A stretch of DNA of 63,879 bases, counting the filler, from Aduncisulcus paluster (Eukaryota), in assembly GCA_024181965.1 (NCBI GenBank). It is 35 parts of 35 records of this genome, joined end to end, with 100 filler letters (N's around TTAATTAATTAA, not from the genome) between each part and the next. Parts side by side here need not be neighbours in the genome. Positions count along the whole stretch, not along the records: positions 46,132 to 48,116 come from BQXS01010279.1; positions 48,217 to 49,603 come from BQXS01010280.1; positions 49,704 to 51,107 come from BQXS01010281.1; positions 51,208 to 52,291 come from BQXS01010282.1; positions 52,392 to 55,204 come from BQXS01010283.1; positions 55,305 to 56,661 come from BQXS01010284.1; positions 56,762 to 57,939 come from BQXS01010285.1; positions 58,040 to 59,172 come from BQXS01010286.1; 27 more parts are not named here. One strand, given 5' to 3'. Both the position numbers and the translations under genes were made by a program. Below, piece by piece: positions 47,632 through 60,036 of this stretch (its first letter is position 1; each line of letters starts with the position of its first letter). The notes under the pieces were generated by a model. The model was not told the origin of the DNA. It ran no database searches and saw nothing but the letters and a program-made list of their open reading frames with translations.

Positions 47632-48116
47632 ATGATTCCATCACCTGGAAGTCCAGAAAGGGCTTTTTCTATTTATAAAAAGCATGTCAAACAGACGACT
47701 CGAGAGAGAATTGCCTATGCAATTCTGTTTTTTGGTGTGAATCCTAAGATGGCTGCTACTTCTTTATTAGTGACAAGAAGAACCATTCAGAATTGGGTTA
47801 ATTCATTTTTTAAGAAACCTAAAGCTATTGATAGAAGTCATTTATTAAAATTGAATGATCATGAGTGTGAATGGCTGAAATCTGTGCTAGATGAGAACCC
47901 CCGGCTTTTTTTAGACGAAATTGCCCAATTAATTTATGAACGATTTAGAAAGAAAATAAGTACAACCACTGTTTTTAGAATAATTCGATATAGACTTGGA
48001 TATACAAGAAGGCGAATTTGTACCAGAGCCAAGCAAATCCTTAAGATGGATATTCATAGATATGAAACGATTTTGCAGAAGAAATACAAATATGCAAGGA
48101 GACTTTATTTTGTTGA
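47632..48116 (+). mobile_element. IS630/Tc1-mariner transposase, N-terminal part
   Basis: HTH (AATSLLVTRRTIQNWV), winged HTH (ENPRLFLDEIA…ISTTTVFRII…LGYTRRR); the contig ends at LYFV-ga, where the first catalytic Asp is expected. Confidence 0.88.
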
Positions 48117-48309
48117 NNNNNNNNNNNNNNNNNNNNNNNNNNNNNNNNNNNNNNNNNNNNTTAATTAATTAANNNNNNNNNNNNNNNNNNNNNNNNNNNN
48201 NNNNNNNNNNNNNNNNGATTCTGATTCATCTTAAACAGTAAATTGTCTTCAAGCATAGTCTTGCTAAGATTGGTTTTATTCTTATAACTAAGGTAACACC
48301 ACATTAAAA

Positions 48310-49603
48310 ATGGATATTTCAACTCGAATACCACCAACTAACCAAATGATCACAAAAATCCATATGTGGTCGACAAGGGACCCAAATCCCAATGAAAACA
48401 TTAACTTCCTAATCGGGATGTTTGAATCCGAAAGGATAACCCCTTGTTCTGGGATGTTCAAGAGGCCAGCGATTCAACATCGCGTTTTGCTATCAAAGGC
48501 GGCTAAAATCTTACATGATAATGGAGTTTTCGTGTTAAAACCAGTATGTAGGGATCTTAAAGTCGAACAAAGTTTGTTTGACATGAATTATATAGCACAA
48601 AACTACAAAATCGATGATAGAACGACAAACGAACGTTTGATCGAATTATTAGCATGTGTTTTTGCTAAAATAATTATCCCCAAAAATATAGGAAAGCTCA
48701 ACAACGTTGATTGTAAAAAGATTGCGGCATATCGCGTTTTGGTAGCTCTACCATGGATAAGGATGACAATTTCGGAGGATACAGAAACATGGGACTCATA
48801 TCCCAACCGTTATATGGGAATAACACCCCAGTTGTGTGCCCATTTTATACGTCTAATGTGCAAGCGAATTATCCTCCCAAATACCCTCGAACGACAGGGT
48901 CCATCAGTCGACGACCTCAAAATGCGACGTCGTCAATCCGCTTCAGCCTTTGAAGAAAGGTTTGCTAACTTCGGAGGGAAATGGACGAGCATGGACCCTG
49001 ACATGGGGAAATTGTTACAAAATGAAGCGAACCCCACTCTCCCAGCAGAAGATTGGAGAAATATGGCTTTCAACCCCATCTTGCCATGGTGGTTCGCTTT
49101 TCAGTTTGCCATACGCTCAAGCTCATCAAGGACAAAGGGAAGTTTGACTGTGGCTCAGCTCAAACATGCTCATAGAGCGTTCGATGAGCTCTTTATCAAT
49201 GAGATCAAGCCAGCACCCAAATCTTTGAATGTACTTAAGGCATTCGTGGGTAAGAGAATGGCTGTATCACTGTGGTACAGGTTCAAGGTATGGCTGGGAT
49301 ACGAAGAAGGTCAACCGATTGTCATCTCACCACCAGTACCTCCCGACGGAGGATATGATGTATTGCTCCCACCTGGGGCACAAAGCTTGGTGGTCTCAAG
49401 AGGACCAACAATCCCCGCAGAGACAAGAACAATCCGTCCCCTCTTCCCCGATGATTCTCCGAGCCAATCATCTTCAAGTACGAAGGCTTACTTCGAGCTC
49501 GAAGATAGGGATGACCTGCTGGGAGAGGAATCACCTGGCGCTGCGATAGGGCCTGACGACACCACGGCTATAACAATCACGACATGCCCCTCACCAGGAG
49601 GAG
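48310..49603 (+). CDS. Unknown protein (3' partial)
   Basis: Intronless ORF of about 430 aa; no family recognised. Confidence 0.7.
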
Positions 49604-49703
49604 NNNNNNNNNNNNNNNNNNNNNNNNNNNNNNNNNNNNNNNNNNNNTTAATTAATTAANNNNNNNNNNNNNNNNNNNNNNNNNNNNNNNNNNNNNNNNN
49701 NNN

Positions 49704-51107
49704 TGTGAATCGACTGATTATATGGGGTTTGCTTGCCAATATGTCACATTCAACGATTCTGATCTTGAGTCACACATCTGTGGACTTAGTGGGGTGACAT
49801 GTAGTTCTGATGGGCATATCACTGTGTCAGAACTGTTAACGATATCTGTTCTTAATCTCGCTGATGAAACCGATATCGCTGACATTAGAGGATTGGCATA
49901 CGCAACAGGATTGACTGAACTGAATCTCTCACGTTCTGTCTATACTGACAATCTTATCTGGGATTTATCCGAACTCAGTGATTTGCCTTTGTTGTCATCG
50001 CTTGATATCAGTGGATCCAATATGTCTGCGGATAATTCCCACGGATTGGATTGTCTTCCATCCTCGATTACATCCCTCACACTTGATAATGTTGACTTGA
50101 TTGAATCCCCTGATTTCTCTGCGCTTGAGGATCTAGTTTCTCTGTCTATGAGGGAAAATACAGCATCTATTCCCGATCCAAGTTCATTCCCTGGCTCCTT
50201 GAAGAATGTTGATATCAGTGGGTGCACTAGCTTTGATCTTTCTTCTATTCCAGAGACTATAGTTGAAATCTATGCCGATGGATGTGATATTCCAGCAAAT
50301 ACAGATATTTCGACATTTACAAGTCTTACAACACTTTCTCTAAATGACAATCCATTATACGATATCACTGAGTTTGGTCTTTTCCCATCACCATCATCTC
50401 TCACTTCTTTCAGTGCCAACAACACTTCAATCTCTTTGTTGTTCCATCTTGTTGCTAGCATGCCCAATCTGACTGAGCTATCTCTGAACAACAATAATAT
50501 CTCTGATCCTTCCCCATTGTATGCTTTGTCCAGCAATACTTCTTGGAGTAGCATTGACTTGTCATATAATCATATCTGTGGTGGTGATAATGGTGATACT
50601 GCGATTGAAACTTTCCTTGCATCTAAGTTTTCTCTTTCTACTGCAGATGTGAATGTGACTGGTCAAGACTGTATATGTTCCTCTGGTGACCTTGGATCTA
50701 CTCCACTCGCTTCCAACAAGGTCTGCAGTGAAACAAAACCTGGGTCTGGTTCATGGTATGTTGTATGTGCCAGTGATTCATACACGTCATACACCGATGC
50801 ATCGATATTTTCATGCATTTCCCCAGCTAATGTTGACGGGACATATGGATGTCCTGGCGGGTGTGAGTATGGATATGAATGTAGATTTGATGATGAATTA
50901 ACTCAATCCACCTCTTCATGTTATCCTGTGATTGCTGATGAGAACTTACATGCATATGTTGCTGATATGTTTGTGGATTCTGATGGACAACCCGATTATA
51001 CTCATCGAACAGAAGAAACAGAAGATGATCCTTCCCTTTTCAGTGTTGCTTCGTTGCGGACCATTTCCACTTCCACTCTCTCCAACGATGGTTTTGCTCT
51101 CTCCAAC
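49704..51107 (+). CDS. LRR + cysteine-rich probable surface protein (fragment)
   Basis: IRGLAYATGLTELNLS and LTELSLNNNNISDPSPL internalin-like LRRs plus Cys-rich linkers. Confidence 0.85.
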
Positions 51108-51207
51108 NNNNNNNNNNNNNNNNNNNNNNNNNNNNNNNNNNNNNNNNNNNNTTAATTAATTAANNNNNNNNNNNNNNNNNNNNNNNNNNNNNNNNNNNNN
51201 NNNNNNN

Positions 51208-52291
51208 CCGAGACGACCGAGACTCGCCTGCTCAAGCTTATGCTCCTGCGTGCCTACAATGTCAAGCTCAAGGAACGGATGCGTGTGCGAGGGTTTGTCA
51301 TCGACCATGGTCTCACTGACCTCAGACGTGTCCAGGAAGAACGATTTATTACAGAGAATACCAAGGTTGACGCAGCTCATCCCCGTGTCAAGGAATTGAG
51401 TGAGTTGAGCGAGAGTGGGAAAGAAGATCTCGCGAAACTACGTCCAATCGCCCCATTCTTCTCAAAGAAGGATTATGATACGCTGATTGATAGTTTTCGT
51501 GAGGAAAGAATTCTTCGGAAAAAGATTGACGAACTCGTTGAGGTTCAGCGCAAATATGGTGTCAAATATCTGTGCACGATTGATAAAGTGAAGAAAACTG
51601 TTGCCCGACGGGAGGAAGAAGGGCGCAAAAGGCGATCTCTGGTTGGAATGAACCGATTAACAGAGGAGGAAGTGTCTCTTCTCTCCGGTGAATTGGGTAT
51701 TCCATTGAACAGTCCAAAGGAAGACCTGAAGTAAAAATAAGTAAAATCTCCGTCATTTCATTCAGAAATCTCACCCTTCCTTGCGAACAACCTTGTACAA
51801 TGTTCGAGAATCATGAGTAAGCACAACGATCTCCTTTGGCCACTCTTGTCTCCCAGATGGACGCACTGGATATACAAGCACATTTCGACCGTGATTATTC
51901 GTGTGCATGATGACAACACTCTCATCGCGAAGGGAACAGCCAGAAGTGAATCCTTCCACTTCTCCTCCAACCTTTTCCCCTCCAACCTTTTCCCCTTCTT
52001 CTTTCTCATCTTCCTTCTCAGCTTCCTTCTCAACTTCCTTCTCAACTTCAACTCCAGGATCTAAAAATAGACGTCGAATAATAATATTGTTTCCCCCGAC
52101 AGAGTAGAGAATAGAGTTGCATCCTTCGACCATCTGGATATGTCCATCTCCTAGTGACACGGATGACACCATCGAATCTCCACCCGAGGTCAACCGATCC
52201 CATTCATGCAGTTCTAACCGCTTTGCAGACGTGTTGTGGATGAGAAAATGATTGGGAATATGAGAAAGGGCATGAAATCCTACACCAGATT
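51208..52291 (+). repeat. ADA2: Near-identical second copy of the ADA2 contig (ADA2 fragment to 51734; convergent ORF from 51771)
   Basis: Matches 31995-33068 apart from a few substitutions around the ADA2 stop. Confidence 0.92.
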
Positions 52292-52391
52292 NNNNNNNNN
52301 NNNNNNNNNNNNNNNNNNNNNNNNNNNNNNNNNNNTTAATTAATTAANNNNNNNNNNNNNNNNNNNNNNNNNNNNNNNNNNNNNNNNNNNN

Positions 52392-55204
52392 AGTCAAAGA
52401 CAGTCCCATTAATGATGGATAGAGAAGTCAGGGATGAAAACCCAGATAAATCAATCTTAGACACAATGGTTACTTCATCAAAGATAAGCTCGGAAAGCGA
52501 TGGAACTGCAGCAGCAATTTCATTAATTAGCGATTGAGTAAAAGTAGAACAGGAACAAGCTGTGCAATTGTCACACCCTCCAATCACGGAGAGAGACGAC
52601 AAGTTGGATGCATATTCAAGACCAGAAAAAGAGGTCACATTATTTGACACGGAAAGTGAAGAGATCGTCTCCATCTCAGAAGTTGAGATATTAAAGCAGT
52701 TGTCCAATGGATATCCAAGAGCAGTCTTCACGGCATTAGAAAGGTAATCGTCGGAAAAGATGACATATTCACATGCACCTCCATCCACACTCGAAAGATT
52801 TGATGATGTACAAGTGCATATATGGCTTCCAGAATCACATGTCCCGAATGCAGATCCATTACACACCAGTTGAGACCCAAATGAGACGGGACAGTTCTGA
52901 TCACACAAGGAACCATAGAATCCTTCGGAACAAACTGTGCCACAGATCACAGAACCGTCCGAGTTAAGGATGGATTGAACATCACCCTTGAGCTCACAAA
53001 CACCTGCTCGAATGGAATTGTCGAAGGCTATGATATTTGGATTGGAGACACAAGTCCCATCACAACTCAAAGATTCACCCAATGGACATGCCTTCATACA
53101 TTTGTTGAGATTCTTGTTCCAATAGTATCCATCCCAACACTCAATCTGGTGCGATGTGTTTGCTCGTTTCCGACAAGTCCGATAATCCAAGAAGGAACAA
53201 TACGATTCATTGCATGGGCAAGTACCTTGAGAGTGATATATGAGATATATACTGGTACCATTGTTGAAATGGGNNNNNNNNNNNNNNNNNNNNCTATGAT
53301 ATTTGGATTGGAGACACAAGTCCCATCACAACTCAAAGATTCACCCAATGGACATGCCTTCATACATTTGTTGAGATTCTTGTTCCAATAGTATCCATCC
53401 CAACACTCAATCTGGTGCGATGTGTTTGCTCGTTTCCGACAAGTCCGATAATCCAAGAAGGAACAATACGATTCATTGCATGGGCAAGTACCTTGAGAGT
53501 GATATATGAGATATATACTGGTACCATTGTTGAAATGGGAAGCAAATGTGGAAGCAACATTAGCAATATCACAGATATTATTAGAGCTAATATCAAGACC
53601 ACTGAAAGTACCAATGGGGAATAAACCAGAAGTAATAAACACAGAAACGTCAGAGATGGAGTTGGCTGAAAGATTAAGTGATGTTAGCTTGAAAGGTTTG
53701 GTGGTTGGATCTCCATCAGCAATGGGAGTCAGATCAAGAACATCACTGACTTCACTCAAACCACATCCACTTGCATTCAAAGATGTAAGACCGGAATTAA
53801 TGGAACCAAAAGCATTCGAATATGTCACTGCCTTCGCTAAGATCTGAACCACCAACTTGTCATACTCAGCATTGGGGTTGGTATCTCCACTCAAATCATA
53901 CCCGGAAACATTCAAAAATGTCAACGAGGTGGCATACTCAAGACCTTGTAGGGTTGTGATATCATCTAGAAACACAGTCAATGTCGATGTAACATCTAAT
54001 AGTGACAATGAGGAATCAGTACATGAGAGAGCACTTCGCATGGTGGCAACTGTTATGATTCCAGAGGTAAGACTGCACGAACAATTAACATTCAGATAAC
54101 TTCTTATGTAGTCATCATGGACAGTGTAACACTCACCACTGGTCCCTTCCTTCGCAATGAATGCACATTGTTTCGCGTTCACACCATCCACACTGTTGTA
54201 CACCTCATTCAGAACTATTGAAGGGCATGAAGCATTTGAAGTATCACAGTTATATGGGGAGTTCCCAGGATCAGAGTTGAGAGGACAGCTATTGGGAATA
54301 TAGATAGTGTCCTTATAATCTGAGGAATGAATTGGAAAGATAGTCGTTATAAATGTCCAATAATCGGTATCATCTTCTGATCTACAGAGAGGTATGAATG
54401 CAGAATGAGATGTATGCGCAATATACATCTTAGACAATCCAACATTCCTATATGAGACAGATATATCATAGATTTGTTCATTCCCATAAATATACAATCC
54501 ATTCAATCTATTCAATGTGAATAAAGAATTGAAATCATAAATATTGGCATCATATGTAGATGAAGTCTGATTAAAAGATAAGATTGAGAGTTGTTCAAGG
54601 AAAGAAATAGGATAAATTGATGTTACATCTGTATTTGATCCAGAGAAAAGATAAATGTTTATCAAATACTGAGCACCTTCAAAGGACGTAATATGGTATC
54701 CATACGAATAAAAAGACCCATTTATACCAGCCATTTCAAACTCTGAGACATCACAAAGTGGATCTAATGTAATATCATATCCGGCATAATCACACACTTT
54801 CTCTCTAAATAACTCATCCGGAATATACACCTGATATAATTGGTCACAGTCATCTCCATACCAGGCTACACGGCACCCACATGTTATGGAAGTAGCACCA
54901 ACTTCAAGAACAGGTTTCATGTTTGAATGTCTTTCACATACTTGGAGACGAATAGAATCATCAACATCTGAAGCAGCGGTTGTGCATGAATATGGCGGGG
55001 TTCCAGTTGGAGAATCAAGCTCATAACCACTTGCACATACCTCAAGACACTCTCCACTGGCTTTGTCAAGATAGTACCCATTCCAACACTCAACGGCCCA
55101 ACGATCGGGATACACTTCTCGACACACTTGGTGGTCAGAAGAAGACACAGATGCAGTGCAGTGACATGTTTGGTCAGAGTAAGTGATCGAACTCAAACCA
55201 GCTC
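52392..55204 (-). CDS. Large LRR + EGF-like cysteine-rich protein (fragment; artefactual overlap at the 53274-53293 gap)
   Basis: LQGLEYATSL, LTSLNLSANSISD, CRVAWYGDDC, CSEGFYGSLC; 53028-53273 is duplicated after the gap. Confidence 0.85.
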
Positions 55205-55329
55205 NNNNNNNNNNNNNNNNNNNNNNNNNNNNNNNNNNNNNNNNNNNNTTAATTAATTAANNNNNNNNNNNNNNNNNNNNNNNNNNNNNNNNNNNNNNNN
55301 NNNNCGGGAATAGCCCAAAACAAACAGTT

Positions 55330-56360
55330 CTATACATATTCCAACATAATTTGGCCAAAGGAAATCAGGATAGAATCCTTATCTTTCATGTCTAGACTGG
55401 CTAGAGATGCAATGAGTAAAATGATTGGCAGTAATAAAAACCAAGAATTTACAAACCATCCAAAATACGAAGTGCAACCGCACATAACAAATGCGATAAA
55501 GATGCCAAAACACGACAAGGCCTCGTAATCAGTTGAAATTAAGACCCGAACTCCGGTTATTAAAGAATCAATTCCAATAATAATTCCAAAGACAGAACAA
55601 AATTTTGCAAATCCAGAATAATCTTCAGAATCTTCTTCATTGAAGATCTGTAAATATATATATAATTGAATGAGAATTCCTGAAATAAAAAAACTAATCG
55701 TCGCAAAAACTATTTTTGTTCGTGGTGAAGCTATAGGATGTAAATCCTCGGGATCTGCCAACGCTTTAGAATCCTCGGATCTTCCAAGGTAGCAAGTCCA
55801 AAACATTGCCATACAAATCCAAAAATTACAAGAATGGGTAAATAGACTTTAAGAATGGTTGAAATAGGCATGCCTTCATCTTCATCCTCGTCATATGAGT
55901 CTTTCACAGATGAATTGACTTGATTACGAGCTATCTGAACATTTTCGAGGGTTGAGCCATTAATGTCTGAGTTATTTTGACATTTGGACAATTTTAGATC
56001 TTCGACTCCAATGTTATTACCATTATCATTCGTATTGTCAACGAGAGAAAGGTCTTCTCTGCCAAATAGTTTCTCACGATATTCAACGGAGGGCTCGGGG
56101 TTATGTTCAGCTAAATTGTCCATTTTATGAGTATTATGGTGGAAATTACCCTTCATAGCATTTTTATCCAGCTGTGACCATGATTCTGTCAATTCAGTGT
56201 GATCTGGAGGAATACTCTCATAATAAGGCATTTCAGAGGAATGAGCATCAGTAATAAGGATAAAGAGCATAAAAAGAATGAAAAGAAATGTTTGAAGACG
56301 CATCTTATGGCGTCCAACGCCAGAATACATGAAAATATTATTATTCATGAAGAAACGCAA
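55330..56360 (-). CDS. Probable signal-peptide, multi-pass membrane protein split by one frameshift near 55815
   Basis: MRLQTFLFILFMLFILITDAHS is signal-like; the overlapping downstream ORF has about four hydrophobic segments. Confidence 0.55.
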
Positions 56361-56814
56361 TGATTATTGACTATTTTGAATGTCGTGGGAAATTTACAAT
56401 AAAATATGAAGATACAAAAACCAAAATAATCCTGAAAAAGGGAATATTTTGCCGAGAATGCTGACAAAATGGGATTATTCGATTATTTGATCATTGAGTG
56501 ATAGAATACTTGATTCCTTCGGCGGTATTATCTTTAATTTCATTTTTCTCAAGTTATTATTTCAATTATATAATATATAATGTTGATTTATTTAGACGTA
56601 GTATTTCATTGTTTCCTCACTGAGCAAAAAACTTTGAATATCACAAATACGCACTTACATCNNNNNNNNNNNNNNNNNNNNNNNNNNNNNNNNNNNNNNN
56701 NNNNNTTAATTAATTAANNNNNNNNNNNNNNNNNNNNNNNNNNNNNNNNNNNNNNNNNNNNTTGGGACACTATCGCTTCCTCCCCTTCCAGAAGGATGGC
56801 CCTCTCCCACCCCT

Positions 56815-57939
56815 ATGCAAACGACTACGACTCAAGAACAACCACAAACTCTTGACCATCCAAGCTCACACCAAGCTTCTGAACCTCTTGCTGCCCCTTC
56901 TCTTCCTCCTACAACCCAGTCTCAGCCACAACAGAGTGCTCAGCCACCTCACCCATCAATGCACGGTAGTGTTCCTCAAGGCAGTGGCATGGCAGGTCAG
57001 AGTGGATACCCTTCTCTCCCCCACTTACCCCACTCAGCCCCTTTCCCTTTCCCCATGCTGCCCTCCCTTGACGGACACCCTCCAAACCCTCAGCAACAAC
57101 ATGCTTTCTTCCAACAATACATGCACCACATGATGCAATATGGACTCCAACCCATGACTCCGGAACAGATGGCCCAGGTTCAAGCCCCAATGATGCCCAT
57201 GCCTTCTATGCCCTCTTCTGAGCAACCTCCGCTTCCCTCTTCGGAACAACATCACGCCCAGCCACCTGAAGAAACTGCCCAGACAACACAGCATCGTGCT
57301 TTCCCCGATTCTATGCAGCCTTCACTGCCCACACCGAGTTCCACTGAAGTCCCTATGGGGATGAGCAGCAGTAGTGCACCATCTTCTGCCACATCCTCTC
57401 AGGAAATACTGGTCAGCAAGAAGAAAGGAAAGAAAGGGAAGAAAGGGAAGAAGGGAAAGAAGGGGAAACAACAATCCACTGATCTATCCGCTCAAGTTCT
57501 TTCTCAAACAATCGAAGAACCTGCTCCCAAACCTCAGGGGCCCCCCACTGAGCCTGTGGAAGTCGAGAAGGCTCCGGTTGAACAACAAAAATCCGTGACA
57601 AAACAACCCGAGGAAGTTTCTCAAAAATCTAAATCGAGCTCTCAAGCATCCTCTACCCCTTCAAAGAAAGAGAAGAAAGCGTTGAAGAAGAAGGAAGAAG
57701 AGGAGAAACCAAAGAAGGAACAGCAATCCAAGAAAGTTGCTAAGAAGAGGAGGAGCAAGAGCAAAAAGAGACAGGTCTTAACTGATGTTGTAATCACCGA
57801 AAGTCCAATCGTAACCCCAGCCCGGTCGACTGAGTTGCCCTCATCTCTCGATCCCTTGAAGTGGGGCAGCGATATTGACGCCAATGCCGCTGCTTTTGAT
57901 GAGGAAGAAACTGGAGGATGGGTGAGCACAAAGTCAAAG
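56815..57939 (+). CDS. Low-complexity P/Q/K-rich protein with KKG repeats (partial)
   Basis: Open to the contig edge. Confidence 0.7.
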
Positions 57940-58039
57940 NNNNNNNNNNNNNNNNNNNNNNNNNNNNNNNNNNNNNNNNNNNNTTAATTAATTAANNNNN
58001 NNNNNNNNNNNNNNNNNNNNNNNNNNNNNNNNNNNNNNN

Positions 58040-59172
58040 CTTGAAGGCACGGCGCTCATATCGATTCCGGCCCCTTCGAGCACCAGCTTGAAGTGACGAT
58101 GATGCGGCAGAGGGACGCGTATCCTTCCAGGGCATGTCTGGGACAACGTCACCCAACTCGGAGGGATTAGATCCACTCCTTGCAGCCCATGAGCTATGAA
58201 CATGGGATGCTCGTTGTTCGGCTTTGATCGCCTCAGCTCGTGCATGGGATCGATGGGAACGTTCAGCATCAAGGTCCATCGAATCGTGCAAATGCTCAAG
58301 ACGTTTTATCACGGCACTGTTCGTCTCCGTCAAGAACCGAAAGACTTCAGGGAACTCATATTGGAGGCGATCCATCTTCAACAATCGTTGCAACATCCGA
58401 TGTCTGTTCTTTTCACGCTCCTGCTCATCCTTGCCATCAGCAATAACAATCTCATAGAGACTTCTGCGCAAGTCGTCACTCAATCGATACTTACGATGGA
58501 GCACGGTTGAACGGAGAGGTTTGGAGAGGTTGAGTTTACGAGAGGCAGGAATGTCGCGAATGTCTAACGTAAGGATCTCCTTGCGAACATGATGTTGGCA
58601 CTCGTTGAGCTTTGAATCAGACACATGTTCATACAATAGCTTCACAAAGATCTGCATGGGTGTGAAGTCATATTCATGCGAGGGAAGCTTTGAGGTGGAA
58701 GAGATCCCAGTCACAGGGGATGGAGAGGACGAGGACGAGGATGGTGGAGAGGAACGGTCTTTCTTTGCATCAGAAAGGGGCGGCTTACATTTGGGTTCGG
58801 CGGGGACTTTCGGTTTTCGTTTGCCTCCTTTCTTCTTGGAGGGTTTGTCCACAAAGTACTCACAGTACTCTGACATCTTCTCCGAATCTCGGTGTGCACG
58901 CTTCTCTAACTCCTTTTGCTCACGCTGTTTACGACGTCGCTTCCCGGCATCTCGCTTTCGAACGGGTTCAGCGAGTGGACAGTGGGCAGCGAGGATCGTG
59001 TGCTTGACATACGGACGCATGCAGCGTGCAACAAGATCATGTGTTTGGTACTTCCTGGGCACAAAGTCAAACTCACGGATGATATCATAACGTTGGAAGG
59101 CCTGGGAACAAAGACGGATCTCATCGGTGAGTCGAAACTTCATCCGATCAAGGAGGTCATTCTGCTCCTCGG
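58040..59172 (-). CDS. Hypothetical protein fragment
   Basis: Long open frame over nearly the whole contig. Confidence 0.65.
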
Positions 59173-59274
59173 NNNNNNNNNNNNNNNNNNNNNNNNNNNN
59201 NNNNNNNNNNNNNNNNTTAATTAATTAANNNNNNNNNNNNNNNNNNNNNNNNNNNNNNNNNNNNNNNNNNNNCG

Positions 59275-59499
59275 CTCACGGCGGCGTCCGACGTGCTGCT
59301 GATCGAGCCGGACGGTTCGCCCGTCCACAACTACCAAGCCATTTCGCGCTGCCACCGCATCGGTCAAACGAATGGGGTGATCGCGCACTTCGCCTACGCG
59401 CACGGGACCATCGACGCGCGTATCTCCAACCTGCTGCGCAAGCGCGCGGCTGACATGCAAGACCTGTTCGGGGCGGCTCCCGAAGGGTTCACCAAATAA
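59275..59499 (+). CDS. SNF2-type helicase C-terminus
   Basis: LTAASDVLLIEP…QAISRCHRIGQ…GTID. Confidence 0.88.
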   Translation, partial: LTAASDVLLIEPDGSPVHNYQAISRCHRIGQTNGVIAHFAYAHGTIDARISNLLRKRAADMQDLFGAAPEGFTK

Positions 59500-59516
59500 G
59501 ACAAGGGATCGACGGA

Positions 59517-60035
59517 ATGTCTGCAATCAAGATCGCTTTCGAGGCGGAAAGCCCGGAGCAACTGCGCAAAATCCTGCGCGAGTTCATGCAGGGCATGGGC
59601 GACGCTTCGGGCAACTGCACCGAAATCACCAACCCGACGCCGACGACGGCAGAGGTTGTGGTGGAACCGGCCAAGCGCGGTCGCGGACGCCCGCCGAAGG
59701 ACAAGGGCACGAACCCCGAGAAAGACGGCACCGAAGACGACACGACGACCCCGGACACGGCCCCGGCTGACGGCGATGCCGCCGACGGCCAAGCCGAAGC
59801 CCCGCCTGTCGAGCATAACGAAAACGTCGTGCAAGACCTGTCGCCGCAGGACGCCCGCACCAAGGCTATCTCGGCCATGCAAAAGCACTTCGCGGCCAAC
59901 CCCAATTCGATGCCGGCCATCGCGAAGCTGCAACAGAAGTTCGGGATCAAACAGTTCTCGGAAATCCCTGACGACCGCGCGCACGACCTGCTGGCCGACG
60001 TGCTGCTGATCGTCAACGGCACCGGCGAGGCGTAA
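59517..60035 (+). CDS. Phage protein with an AT-hook-like motif and a C-terminal helical domain
   Basis: KRGRGRPPK; C-terminal LQQKFGIKQFSEIP resembles proteins that precede DUF2800 genes. Confidence 0.75.
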   Translation: MSAIKIAFEAESPEQLRKILREFMQGMGDASGNCTEITNPTPTTAEVVVEPAKRGRGRPPKDKGTNPEKDGTEDDTTTPDTAPADGDAADGQAEAPPVEHNENVVQDLSPQDARTKAISAMQKHFAANPNSMPAIAKLQQKFGIKQFSEIPDDRAHDLLADVLLIVNGTGEA

Positions 60036-60036
60036 C

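Noticed and set aside
1396-59272. Recurring TTAATTAATTAA as a biological repeat, and gene neighbourhoods across it
   Set aside because: Always centred in N runs; it is a synthetic six-frame-stop linker. GTTAATTAAC at 39566 differs and is not N-flanked, so it was kept.
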